The notes beneath the pieces were generated by a model, which had not been told where the DNA came from, searched no databases, and worked only from the letters and a program-made list of their open reading frames with translations. From Marsupella aquatica (lineage: Eukaryota > Plantae > Marchantiophyta), in the NCBI GenBank assembly GCA_973895155.1, contig OZ316891.1, positions 29,251,611 through 29,315,610 on the forward strand: a stretch of DNA of 64,000 nucleotides. Direction: 5' to 3'. This document shows, piece by piece, positions 1-16,900 of this stretch (the stretch's first letter is position 1; every line of letters starts with the position of its first letter). A program made the translations under genes and the position numbers.

Positions 1-21
1 ACGTCGTTGGCCTTTTGACAG

Positions 22-2476
22 AATACAACGCTCCTGCGAACTATTCCCGGGCTGGCCGAAATAGGAAAGTTCTTGCTTGGTAGGTCTATTGCTCTCACCT
101 GGAATCTTTGCAACCATATTGGTTTCCTTGTCACCATTTGTTCATTTGCGAGAATTTTACCATAGTAAAACATGAGAGTTTGTTTTAATAACAGTACCTT
201 TGAAGGGTGATTAAATCGCTCTACCGTCATTGCTTTGACAGGGTCTACCGCAGAGCAGGTGATGCTTCTGGAGAATATCGGCACCTCTGTGCTTGTGGGT
301 GAGGATCAGGTTAGTGCCTCTCGAGACTCTTCTGTGTATTCTAGGAAGTATACACAAGTGCCTAATATTGCTTGTTGTATGCTGCAGAATTTAATTTGTT
401 GGCTAGCTCATAGGTCGACACGATCTATGTGTTTTCTAAGATTGAACCTGAGACTATCAGGAATTCGTAATCAAGGTTAGAGCCACCTCATCCAGCACGT
501 ATCTAATATATCAACTCTCTTAACCCCAGCTTGCAGATCTACACAGTTTGATGCTAAAGGCGGCTAATATACTTGATCTCGAAGCTCCAGACCTATATGT
601 ACGGCAAAATCCAGTGCCAAATGCATACACTTTGGCTGTGTCTGGCCGAAAGCCATTTGTTGTTGTTCACACCAGTTTGGTTGAGCTTCTGTCTCCAGAC
701 GAACTGCAGGTGGAATCTCTAACACTTACTCGATTCGTATGCCCTGTTTTGTCTTCACTTGTATGTTGCTGCTGGCCTGTTTCATCACCTGGACCAGGTC
801 CAAGTTTTGCTACGAAGTCAATGCGGTGCATGTTTAATTTAGCAGAAGTCTTGCATTGGATCTTAGCTCCGCGCTTATAACTCTCATCTCGGAAGATGTA
901 GCCCTTATGTTATGCACTCAATATTACAAGGGATTGCGGGTTTTGTAGCTCATATCCGTCTTACATTATGGGGAAGGCTGTGACAAAATCCACATTACAC
1001 AATGAATGATCATGCTATTAAGTTATGTCAGACGGCAAATATATTGGGTAACAATCCAGTGCAGAGTGGAGACCCTACCGTATGTACACAGTTTTAGGAA
1101 AATGACCCAGAACTCCTTCGAGGTTGTAGTTCATCATGTACTGGCGCGAGTAGCGGAAAGAAATTTGTTGTAGTTTCTGAACCTTGATGCGGATGATGTC
1201 TACAGGCTGTTCTTGCACACGAATTAGGACATCTCAAGTGTGACCATGGCATATGGTTATCATTTGCAAATGTTGTGGCTTTGGGTGCTTATTCTCTTCC
1301 TGGTACTGAGATCTTTAAACCCCCGCATCTGGCACAACAAGGTCCAAATATTCTTAGTGTGCGCTAGATTAGAGCTGTCTGACAATTTTGTGTGAGTATT
1401 ATTGCTCTTGTGGTGAAAGAAATTGACGGTTCTGATGATCTGACGTGGTGATTGTTTTTGTAAGTCTCAATGAAGATCGCTATTTGAATGTTTTACTAGT
1501 TTTATGACGTCATAAATGTGATTATTAGGTTTGGGGGTCTTCCTTGCTCGAAATCTGGAGGAACAACTGATGAGATGGGTGAGGGCAGCTGAGCTTACTT
1601 GTGATAGGGCAGCATTACTTGTGGCCCAGGATCCAGAGGTAGGATTTCATCTCGAAGCTAAAACTATTTCTTGCATTTCCAGTCATGGACAGAAGGCAAC
1701 CGCGGATTGTCCAGTCGATTGAGCAGAGTATCCATTTATGACGGGTATACAGACCATTACTAGCATTGGACGCGTGCTGCATGTCCCTTGTCCAGCTAGT
1801 GCCTGTTTTGATTGAACACCGAAAAGCGGTCTGCGAATCTAAAGCAATCTTGTAGCGCCGATGTGGCTGTGCATATATTTAAGGTTTCCAAAAGGAAAAT
1901 TCCGTCTTTCCGGATGCAAGAAATAGTGTTTATAGGGTGGGCTAGACATATGCTGAGTCATTCTCTAGAACAGTGCAAATCAGCTATGCAGCTTCTTTGA
2001 TTTTTCCTGGCTTTGCTTGCACTTCAAGTCTCCATGGTACTAAAATTACCATCACTTTTTATGATGAGCAGGTTGTCATCTCAGTATTAATGAAATTAGC
2101 TGGAGGCTGCCCCTCACTTTCTGGCCAACTTAATGTAGGAGCATTTTTAAAGCAGGCACGATCATATGAGGAAGCATCCCAGAGTCCACTGGGTTGGTAT
2201 CTCAGGTACTGATAAGTTCCTACGATTGCAACTTTTGTCCAGTGTTGTCTATGCTGCTTGCTTTGGCTGTTCGGTTCATAATAGTGTTGTTGTTGCTTCC
2301 AATTGTGTTGCAGAAATGCACAAACTAAGCAACTCTCGCACCCCTTGCCAGTCCTTCGGGCATTGGAGATTGATCAGTGGTCGAAAAGTCCTGAGTATAA
2401 GGCTCTTTTAGCACAGGCGTCCAGGGTTAGCTCTGCTCGGAGGTCTCACTCAGCTGTGCAGAGGACTCCCAAATGA
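22..2476 (+). CDS. PGM48: M48-family zinc metallopeptidase, plastoglobule-localized PGM48-like; 5'-truncated by window edge
   Basis: GT-AG exons 22-79, 242-309, 530-709, 1206-1302, 1529-1638, 2072-2205, 2314-2476 join in frame. Motifs: YVRQNPVPNAYTLA, AVLAHELGHLKCDHG (HEXXH), RAAELTCDRAALLVAQD, SHPLPVLRA. Stop TGA at 2474-2476. Confidence 0.92.
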
Positions 2477-2863
2477 TGTTTGTATATTACCTGCGGATGT
2501 ATTATATTTGTAGCAACTCATCATCTTTGATATTGTTCTACTTAAATGCCTTATAATTGGCTCTGGTGTAGTAAGCAGAGCCCTTTACTTGAGTGAACCA
2601 GTACAGGAAGAAATTGCAGAATATTGTGAAATTTCAGAAATATGGCAGCCACTGTAATCAGCGTCAAATTCTAAGTCAGTTCTCTTGACAGCCTTGTGGT
2701 CAGTGTGAGAATGATTAAAGATAAGTCTGTTATTGTGTCATGCATCCCATTCCTACCATTTGACTGGAAAGGTGGCTTTAGATCTGTTATTCCACGAGAA
2801 ACCTTCCTCAGTATCTCTTTTGTTGTGGGGTGCTTGCCATTGTTCCCTGTAGATATGTTTAGT

Positions 2864-2925
2864 GATATAATATGGACGAGAATGAATGATATAATATGGA
2901 CGAGAATGAATGATATAATATGGCC
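2864..2925. repeat. 24-bp tandem repeat (GATATAATATGGACGAGAATGAAT) x~2.5
   Basis: Directly visible tandem copies. Confidence 0.85.
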
Positions 2926-3479
2926 AAGTATGAAGCATAACGTTCGGTTTTTGCAGTGGAAGAACCATTTTTCTTAGTATTTTTTGGTTTTTTGTTTTCT
3001 TAGATGTATGGTTCGGGTCAGACCCACTTTACACATGCTACTTATTGAAACCACTGCTGCCTACACCCCTAATTGGCCACTTTTCATTTGCCCTAGGTGA
3101 ATAGGACCTCACTCTGCAGCTCTGCCACTCACATCCCATCACAGGACTCTTGAACCCTCAAAGCATTGTCTAGTGATTCCTTAGAAAAATGAACTTAGAT
3201 GCATTTCTTTGTGAAATAGGAGATCTACATCAAGAATTATAATACAAAGGTCCCACTCTTTTTAAAGAAGTGGTAGTCTTTTGAATTTGCATGCCCAAAA
3301 AATAAAACAATCTGACAAAGAGAAAGAATAAACAAAAAATTAATTACATTTAGTGTGATCGGAAAAAGTGACATCGTTTTCCAAGAAAAGTGGGCTGCCA
3401 AGGCAGAGTCCTTTGGGTACCATCCATGAATAGGAAGCCATCCATGGATATAAAGTGTTTTTCCCTCTACCACTTTTTA

Positions 3480-3900
3480 CCACTATAGTAACCTGTCTAT
3501 ATAACAGTGCCCAAGGGCAAAAAAACCCTGAACCAGGAGACATGATCCCCATGGCAATGCAACCCAATGAAGGGAAGGAAAAGAGGGGAGAGGACCCCAA
3601 GAAAAACAAGACAAGGTGACCCCAAGCAAAAGCCAATGCAACCCAATGAAGGGAAGGAAAAGAGGGGAGAGGGCCCCAAGAAAAACAAGTCAGGGTGACC
3701 CCAAGCAAAAGCCAACGCAACCCAATGAAGGGAAGGAAAAGAGGGAGAGGCCCCAGAGAAAAACAAGCCAAGGTGACCACAAGCAAAAGCCAACGAAGAA
3801 GCCAGGGCCAAAAACACTTCCACAAAAGGGACCTAAAGGAGCAGGGAAGGCTAACACCCTACTGAGCGGAGAACTGAAAGGCATGGTAGAGCTCCGGAAC
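3480..3900 (-). mobile_element. Truncated 3' end of a CRE-like non-LTR element, with internal ~79-bp tandem repeat
   Basis: T/G-rich 3'UTR on the minus strand with three copies of a CAACCCAATGAAGGGAAGGAAAAGAGGG unit. Shares CAGTTCTCCGCTCAGTAG and TCTCCTGGTT with 37885-38125. Confidence 0.55.
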
Positions 3901-3934
3901 TAGGAACCAATAAAAAATTACTTGCATGAGCAAA

Positions 3935-4185
3935 GTTCTTACTCACATGACCCCTAGTTTTCTATATCCAACTATATCCAATTGCCTCTCTAATTACATC
4001 CTGGTTGGTAAGATTCATTTTTTGGACTACTTTTTTGGTCAGCCAACTCTCTAGCCATTTGGAGTCTTCAAAAGCCATTAAAAACAGGAAAGGTAGCAAA
4101 AATCAAAACAAATTTAAAACCACTACTCTAGTGACTGGCCAACAACACTCTTCTCTTGATCAAAACTCCTGTTTGCTCACATTAT
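3935..4185. repeat. Dispersed repeat homologous to 54940-55165
   Basis: Shared colinear blocks TTACTCACATGACCC, CTAGCCATyTGGA, TAGTGACT and TCAAAAyTCCTGTTTGCTCA. Confidence 0.7.
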
Positions 4186-6022
4186 ACAATATTTCCACAG
4201 GCACCTTTAAGGAGTGCTCCTGACTAGACATTTCTTTCACCTCAGTTTTGGCCAAATTAAAAAAGAAATAAATCAAACCTTCCCTTTGTTGAGGTGGCCC
4301 TTACCTATCCAAAGGGAGGACAGGATTTTGGCGATTTTTTGCCAATAAAAAAAGAAGAAGGCTGGTTTCACCGAAGCATTCGGTCGAGTGTCACTCCTGA
4401 GGAGGAGGAAAAGGGGCCGCGAGCATCTTCGAACGACGAACATGCCATGTACGTCCTTGCTCCGCCAATTCGCAATTCGCACGCGCAATGTACACATTTC
4501 ACATTGCCGCATCCAGATTGAGTGAGCTCGCCGCAGGCTGACGTCTCCGCATTGAAAAAGTCGCCAGGAAATCGGATAGCGCATCTATGAAGCGAAGGGC
4601 GCTCTCTTTACCAGCATGGATGGGTTTGGGCCGTTTTTCAAATAGGAGTGAACGATGTTTGGAGCTATTATAGCTCTGTAGGTTGTGTGGATCGGATGCC
4701 TTTGAAGGGAGCGCGATGGTGCTTTGCCTTGCAGGCTCTCCTGCTGTAGGTGATGAGGGAATGTGACCTACTTGGGGTGTTGTTGTTCATGGCTTAGATT
4801 GTGTGAATTTGACAGAGGCCTTGGGAGGAAGGCTTAGTGTTGCGATTATCCGTTGGCTGAGTTGCTATCGGCCAGCTCCTGCTGCTGGTGATGAGGAATG
4901 TGTGGCCGGCTTAGTTGGCATCGGTCAAGTTTGCAGGAAGTACTTTGGTACTCTTCGTGGTACTTACATTGCCGGTCAGTTGCTCTTGGTGAGGAATGTG
5001 ACCTAACTGGATTTTTACTGGAGAGATCTACGAGGAAGGGAGGGACGAGTAGGAATTCGGACTGAGGGTGTTTCTGGAACTGACTGACAAGGAGATCGCT
5101 ATCCTTCGTCTGGTGTTGGTGCAGTTGTGAGTCGTAGAGGACTGAAGTTGCTTCTATCATTGTTGCGTCTCGTGGTGCTCCTGCCATTTTGCACCGAGTG
5201 ACTGGCAAAGTCTTCGTGGAACGAAAGTGTGGACGGAGAGGTTGATAATCAAATTGCAGTGAAGCAATTGCAGGGATATTTAAATCTTGAGGATTTTTCC
5301 TCGCCTAGGTTTGCTACTTATGAATGGTTTGGCGGTGTTATCGAAAGTGGGTTTAACTGAACAGCATTGTTGGTCCGTATGTTCTGATAAATTTGCAAAA
5401 GGAGAGAATGATCAATGCTGCTCTGATATGATTGACCTTAGCAACATCCCTTCCAGCTCTGCTGATGATCGGCGGAGCAACTCAGGGCGATTTCCAGTCC
5501 CTCAGTATTCCAGAGAGAACGGAGTGCTTTATTGGCATACTCTTTTTCACAACTGGCAGATTCAGTATGAAATTCTGACACTTTCGCCCGCCCTCACGAA
5601 TTTTTGTCGCACACCTATTTCGGATTGAACCTTCAGTGATTGGCTGAGATCTGTGTGATTCTTAGTAATTTGCAAGCCTGTGTAGTCTCTCCGTTGGCCA
5701 AAGTGAAGCCTGTCACGTTGGTTGTCCTATTGATGTCCTACGGCGGGAGCTGCTGCAGTTGGTTTTGGATGTTCAGAGTACCTACGGCAAAGGATTTTGG
5801 GACTCTCCGAATCCCAGCGTAGCTCTCACCAGGTGGGTTGTAGTGGAATAGTGGCACTTGAACGGGGATGCCTCCCGTTTACACCAATTCATGTGAGAAC
5901 CTTTGGCGAGGAGAGCCCAGCGACTTTGAGTCCTGTGCGATGTTAGGAGGTGTTGAGATTGTTGAGTAAAATGGTTGCTGGATAAGCTTCTCTGGTGGGC
6001 TCTTTGCAAGCTCGGCAAGTGT

Positions 6023-9860
<3,838 letters not shown>

Positions 9861-12609
9861 ATGGACCTGGGATGACCACATCTTGTTCAACCTGTTGGAT
9901 GAATATTTATATGACAGCTCATCTACAGCAAAAGCTGCACGTCTTCCAAAGGCAGACTTTGTGTCCAGACTTATCCACGAGCTCCTTGCTCTTTCCTTTT
10001 TCGGCCCACAGGGAGGTTGGTGTAATCAAAGCTGGGAAAGAGGGGGTATTTCATTTGGCTGTTCACGTTGGGAGGCTTTGTCTATGTCTGTGGAAGGATG
10101 CCACTTTTTAGGCGTTCGCCATCGCCATACAGCCACGGAACGTACGGATCTACAACATTTGAAATGCACCCAGACCCAATTTAGCTCAGGAATATTAAAA
10201 TTGAATAAGTTATCTAGTCCATGGGCTTTAAATGAGAATTGCCGCTCACCTGACGAAGAGATGCACTGGTAATACCTGTTATAGCAACAAGTGAGGGAAA
10301 ATACACAAGCCGGCCAGGAACATAGTACGTCCACCCTCGCCCAATCGCTCTTTGTGGGCTCAAGTTTGGTGATCAGCGGTCAGTTGCTGAGTACTGTGGA
10401 GAATTTGCTGTGCAACGGTCTGTATCATATCATCCAGGTAGATTACGAACTGTGTACATTAGAGTGCAGTATGATGAGCGCAGGACACTTCAATGGGAGT
10501 CACGCTTTCCATTCAGCTGTGCTTCAGATTTTGGCAAATAGTGGTAGATTATGCCTCTGAGGGTTACAGTCGAAGATTTTGGTGATTGCTGTTGGTGGAG
10601 TAATTTGGCAAAGGCTCGCTGTAATTTGATAGCAGTGTCAGGTTAGCACGATGTAATTAGAGTTACCAAATGCGCCATAGTTTCTGTGTTTGCTGCATTC
10701 TACGGATGTGACTGAGTTTGATGGACCTGGCAGTGCATAGACAATGCCGGCTAGAGTAAGTACCTTCGCGTAAGCCTCACGAAGTTTTAGAACAAAGGAC
10801 TTCTCAGACCAGGATTGTTGGTAGTATGAATCGGCATCGACTACACCCTGCATATCAAGGGTTTTATTTTCCCGAGTTTTGGTGTGCAATTTTGGAGGGC
10901 AAGGAGCCGGAGGGGCTTACACCAATGGCCCCCAAGTTGCCATGAAATGAGTGTAACCCCATTGTAATTTTGCATTATTTTTTATCTGACTGAAATTGGA
11001 TAACATTCTACTTGTGAAATCGGTAACACTCCACTGGCTAGCGACTGGGGCCAAAATCTCCCAACTCCTGGGCCAGGCTTGCAGGGGGGCTATGGCTCAA
11101 CCATCCACATATATGCAAAGTGAAAACTATAGTGGTAATGGCACTATTGAGCATCATCATCTGAACTCCTTTTTATCATGCCAACTCTATCTGCCCCACA
11201 CTTTATGGAAGAAAACTCCTGGAAACATGTCAAATGAAACCTAGATGGATCTATAGGGTTTACGAAAATTGCCCCCTAGATTTTTGCCAAATGAACTCTC
11301 GATGGACCTTAGGTTTAACATTATGTTTATTGCAGCCCCAATGCTTGTCGTTGGGTGGATCATTACCATAAAGCTGCTCCAAATTGAGTTTGGTTTCGTG
11401 TAGAATCTATGTTGAATCATCACTTAGCAGGGCTGTTAGGATTAGGTTCTCTTTCCAGGGCTGTTACAATAAAGCTGCTCCAAAATCAGGACTCAAGGTC
11501 ATAGGAGCTGTTGGAGTAGGGGAGGGCATTGCAAATTTTCTCCCCTATCAATTCTTACCAAATGTTTTTTGGCACTTGCCTTTTTTGGGTTGAGTACTCG
11601 TCTAACAACTAAGTCTAAGTAATGATCAATTACTGATTTTAACTATGAGATTTAACTAAGCTGCCACTTGGACCGGCGGGAACTATCATTTAAAAACAAT
11701 CTACAATTATAATACGCAATCCCGCCATTTTCGTCCTTCGTCCCCTTACAAAATCCAATATGGGCGGGAATCAAATTTGACCATTAGATATTTAGGGGTA
11801 TTTTTTGTATCCACTCGATCAACGCTCACCCTCCCTCGCCTTGCAATACTCTGTCTGTTGTTCCGTGGCCTGGCTTTCTGCTACACCTCTACGCCTCTCA
11901 TCGGCCATTAATGTGGGGATAAACTAGCCCCGATTACCCGTTCTTTGAACGTGAATAGCATAGAGGACAATAAAGAATTATCAAAATATATGTTCGATTC
12001 ATATTCTTTGAAGATTAATGAAATGATAAAAAAACCCATCATTTTAATAGTCATATATAATATATCATTCTCCTTGATGTGCACAGGTTTTTTGTATGCA
12101 CATCCATGTTCAATGCACATATGTTGTGGTGGGGCCATACTACCTATATTTTTTTTAATGTAAATATTTAAAAATTATCACATAAAATTGACATGTATAT
12201 ACATCATAGTCATGTCATAAGTTTTTCCCATGTATATGATGACCATGCACATGATGACCAGAGAGTTACGATCTAGAGGCTTCACTCTAGACCCTAGCTT
12301 GTGAAAAGTAGACTGAAGTTCGCACTTTATTAGTAAGATGTGGGGATAATCATCAACTGATCAGCAGGTACTGTGGTAGGCTCCCTTACTTGCCCTCCCA
12401 CGCACTTGACTGCCAGGTACAACAGATGAACAGAAGGTACTTTTCTTACACTCTTGGTGAGGGTATAGTTTCATTTCCTTCTATAAGTCACGGGAATCGA
12501 ATTGAATGTTGTCCGTTGTGTAGGCGGTCGCTGCCAGTAGCCGGTCGGCGCAGGTTAGCTGCGCGTAGAATGAAACTAAATATGTCAAACGTGCCACTGT
12601 TAACATCCA

Positions 12610-12690
12610 ACAGGCTCTGTCCTGATGGTAGATGGGTGAGAATGTGGCCAGGGAGGCTGCGGGTTCGAAACTTGCTGGCCTTGTTTTCCC
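12610..12690 (+). mobile_element. tRNA-like (SINE head) fragment
   Basis: A-box-like TGGTAGATGG and B-box GGTTCGAAAC at tRNA-like spacing, followed by T-runs; no clean cloverleaf. Confidence 0.4.
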
Positions 12691-13208
12691 TTTTAACAGA
12701 GATCCCCCCAAAAGTGGGGTACAGAGATCTCTAGTGACATTAGTACGTTCTTTTATTCCACTCCAGAGTTTAACACACATCCTCCCCCAAAAGTGGGGTT
12801 CACTAGTACTTAGTGACACTTGAAATTTTTTCATTCAAGGAGAGTAACCGGCTGTAGCAGTTTCCGGTCATTGTTCACTCAACTACAAGGCAACATTAAT
12901 TGTCAAACACGTGACTCGTAGAAGTGAGTATAGTTTCTCCTTGCCCTCACACGCACTTGATTGCCAGGTATAACTAAATATACTTTTCTTACACTCCTGG
13001 TGAAGGTACAATACCTCCTAGCTCTCCGTGCATGTGTGTCATACATGACACTCCTTCACTGCAAGCTTTTTTGTCTCTATTGTAAATGACTTACTACCCA
13101 TATTTACCTTTTGAATGCACATCAAACATGAATGTAGAATAATTAGAAAACAATTTTCATATTAAAACAATTCATGTAGAATTGTACCCTCATGTCCTCC
13201 CCTCCGTG

Positions 13209-13980
13209 CATATCTCCCTCAGTTTTTCTCGGAATCTGGATCTGTCACCTGATTCGGAAAGCTCTTCTCGAGGTGCTTCAAATCGACCCCAAGATCGGCC
13301 CCAACGGTCAAGTTTCGCCACAGTTCTCCTCGGATTTGATTTCGACTTTCTTCTTCGGTTTCGGCAGGGTGCTTTTTCGTGACGGTTTCGGGAACATATC
13401 TCCCTCAGTTTTTCTCGGAATCTGGATCTGTCAACTGATCCGGAAAGCTCTTCTCGAGGCGCTTCAAATCGACCCCAAGATCAGCCCCAACGGTCAAGTT
13501 TCGCCACAGTTCTCCTCAGATTTGATTTCGACTTTCTTCTTCGGTTTCGGCAGGGTGCTTTTTCGTGACGGTTTCGGGACCATATCTCCCTCAGTTTTTC
13601 TCGGAATCTGGATCTGTCAACTGATTCGGAAAGCTCTTCTCGAGGCGCTTCAAATCGACCCCAAGATCAGCCCAAACAGTTGAGTTTCGACACAGTTCTC
13701 CTGAGATTTGATTTCGACTTTCTTCTTCGGTTTCGGTAGGGTACTTTTTCGTGACAGTTTCGGGCCCATATCTCCTTCAGTTTTACTCGGAATCCGGATC
13801 TGTCAACTGATTCGGAAAGCTCTTCTCGAGTCGCTTCAAATCGCTCCCAACATCAGCCCAAATGGTCGAGTTTCGCCATGGTTCTCTTCGGATTTGTTTT
13901 CGACTTTCTTCTTCGGTTTCGGCAGGGTGCTTTTTCAGGACAGTTTCGGGACCATATCTCCCTCAGTTTTACTCGGATAT
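13209..13980 (+). repeat. 186-bp tandem monomers (4 copies plus start of a 5th) in the CRE 5'UTR
   Basis: CATATCTCCyTCAGTTTT recurs at 13209, 13395, 13581, 13767 and 13953 (exact 186-bp period). Confidence 0.95.
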
Positions 13981-16900
13981 TCAGCAGATGGATATTCACT
14001 CGCGTCGACTCCCCAACAGACACATCGACGAGTGCTTCAGCTTTGCTCCTTACTGTGCGTGCACCTACTCAACGGTTTCCTAGGCTGGCGGTTGGTGCCG
14101 TTTCTTGACCTGATGTGGTGGGCTCTCTCCATCGCCCCCCCTTTCTTTTCACATGCCTTGGTTGGGCCTTTTGTCGCTTCTTGATCGCTCGTCATGTCTG
14201 CGTTGAGAGTGTTGGCGCGGGGCAAGCGCCCAGCCCCACCACCCACTTCTCCCCCGTCCTCCCCCCCCCTCGTGGTTGTCTTCGTGTTTGCTCTTCTTCA
14301 CTGGATCTCTCTCATCTTCGTGATGACCCCATGCCCGATGCTCTGCCAGTCCCCCCAGTCTACTGCCCACCCCATCGTCGCCCTGGCTCCTCTCCCCACC
14401 CCATTCCCCCTCCACCCATTTACCATTCTCCTCCGGCCTCCTCGTCCACATCTGTTCCACCCCCACCTCCTGTCCAGTCTTTCCCTGCTCCCTCCCCGGA
14501 CGAGCATCCCCTGCATACTTGTCATGATTGTGGATGGGTGGGCATCTCCCTCCCTCATCATCGCGGGCGGGGGCGGTGCCATCGTCGCCAGCAAGCACAA
14601 TCCCAGCCCCAGCCCCCTATTGACCTTGTTAGCTCTGCCCCTCCCTCCTTGGAGGCTCCCGAGCAGGCATGGAGTTGGGTTCGCACTCTAGACCCCCTTC
14701 CAGCCTATCATCTAGGGTATATTAGACCTCGCCTTTATAACCACATTCCTCTGGCGTTGCGCCCTTTAGTTCGGTCCTCCTTGTTGCAGCTCATGCAGCT
14801 TATCTTGGCGCATCCTATGGAGGTCTCCTACTGGTCTTTACTGATGCTTTTTCCACAGTGGACTCTTACCCTCCCTAGTCATGGTGGTCGTGTGGGTCAC
14901 CGTGAGACTGCTTCTCGTATCCATCATTTTTTGCTGGGAGATTGGGCGCAGCTTCAGGAAGAGTACTTTCTTCGCGCCCGGTCTTTTACCGCCCGTGCTT
15001 TGTCTGACCCAACTCGCCACTCTCATCCTCCTGAGCATAGACGTCTTCGTCGCTCTTGTCATTTAGCCCAGACTGGTGAATATCGTCGGGCTGTCCAGGC
15101 CCTTTCTCCCACCACACCAGCCCCCCCTGGCGAGGCCACCTCGACGGCCCTTCAGGATCTCCATCTGCAGCCCCATGATCAGCTCCCTTTGTTCGTAGAG
15201 GATTTTGAGCCTGAGGAGGATCTTCAGTTTAGTCGGGACCACTTCACCTATGCCTTCCTCCATGCCCCTCGTTGCGCTGCTGGTGGCCCCTCCGGCTATG
15301 TCTTTGAGCATTTTCGTGATTTATTCCCCCCTGAGGATCCTCAGTCTGGTTTTCCAGTTTTCTTCTCCTTTTGCCAGTGTATTGCAGCCGGTCGTTTGCC
15401 TCCTCCCGTCTCTCGGCTCTTGAGTGCTTCTCATTTATTGGCCTTGGCTAAGTCTTCATCGGGTGTTCGGCCAATTGCTATTGGGGAGGTTTTTCTTCGT
15501 CTGGTGTCTCGCACACTTTCCTCGCAGTTTCGCTCTGCACTATCGGATCATCTCTCTCCACATCAGTTTGCAGTGGGCGTTCCTGGCGGTTGTGAGACAG
15601 TTATTGCGGGTATTCGAGCTACCTTGGACCTCCACCCTGATTGGGTTGTCCTCCAGGTTGATGTCTCTAACGCTTTTAATACGGTTTCTCGGGCAGCCAT
15701 TTTTCGTGCTTTGAGGGCAGCGGATCCAGACATCCAGTCCCTGATCCCCTTGTTTTTATGGACTCGAGGCCCCACTCTTCTATAGTCATCACTCCTCTAC
15801 CGGAGTGTATACCACTCTTTCTTCTGCAGAAGGTACATGTCAGGGTGACCCTTTGGGTGGGCCTCTTTTTGCCATTGCCCATTTTACAGCTTTACGGGAA
15901 GCCGCCATGGCCCACCCCCAGTGTATCTTTCCCTCCCTTTCAGATGACACCCACATCATTGGTCCTCCTACCGCGGTTACTTCTGCCCTCGCCACTCTTT
16001 CCACCCATTTGATGGGCCTCGGTTTACGGGTTTAGCCTATGAAGAGTCGTGCATGGAGTCCGGCTGGGTTACCCTCTGATCTTGCGCTTCCTCCAGGGTT
16101 CTTACGTCCAGCCGATGGTCTTCGGGTCCTTGGCTCTCCAGTCGGTACCGTCTCCTTTTGCTCATCTTTCATCGCTGACGCTCTACAGGCCGCCTTAGCC
16201 CCTACTCCTATGCTCCCTAAGTTAGCAGATTCTCAGGCAGCATTTGGGATGTTGTTGAGGTGCATCCACCCTCGTGCGTCTTATCTGGCTCGGACGCATC
16301 CCCCTACCGAGGATCTTTGTCTCCACCTTCGAGCATTTGATGTCTCCATTTGTGAGACTCTGGCCTCTCTTTTAGGGCCGGGTACGTTGCTCTCATCTCC
16401 GTGGCTTCATCGACAACTCGGTCTTCCTATTTCGCAGGGTGGTTTTGGTCTTACTTCCATTGAGAGCCTTGCACCTTTGGCCTTTTTGGGTGCGTGGGCG
16501 GCCGCCTTCTCATTGTTCGCCGATCGTTTCCTTACTGAGGATCGCCCTTTTTTACTTTCATCTCTCATGGAGGTAGAGGAGGGTTCCCTCCCGTTTCAGG
16601 TTCATTTGCGCGGGGCGCGGTCATCATTACCAGATCCCGTTCGCGCTACATTACCTTCTTTTCAGGAGTTTTTATCCTTGGATCCCATCCGTCTTCAGGC
16701 AGACCTCGTTGGGCGTATGCACGCTTTCACCCTTTCCAGCATCCTCTCCGAGGCACCTGACACAGGCCGAGCTCGGATTCTTTCTTCCGGAGGGAAGGGC
16801 GCAGGAGGATGGCTTTAGGCCAATCCAGTCATTCCTCATTTGCGGATGTCTTCAGCGGAGTTCTCCACAGCCATGCGTCTTCGTCTGGGGCTGCCCCACC

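Noticed and set aside
3340-3903. Hydrophobic 100-160 aa ORFs resembling membrane proteins
   Set aside because: Translations of T-rich tandem repeats in a retroelement 3'UTR.
12610-12690. Functional tRNA gene
   Set aside because: A/B boxes present but acceptor and anticodon stems do not form; treated as a SINE-like fragment.
13209-13980. CRISPR-like array
   Set aside because: Whole units are repeated with no unique spacers; eukaryotic context and no cas genes.
13192-14184. ORFs with a repeated 62-aa unit (ISPSVFLGIWIC...)
   Set aside because: By-product of the 186-bp DNA monomer; stops in the third copy, no ATG start and no protein-like signature.
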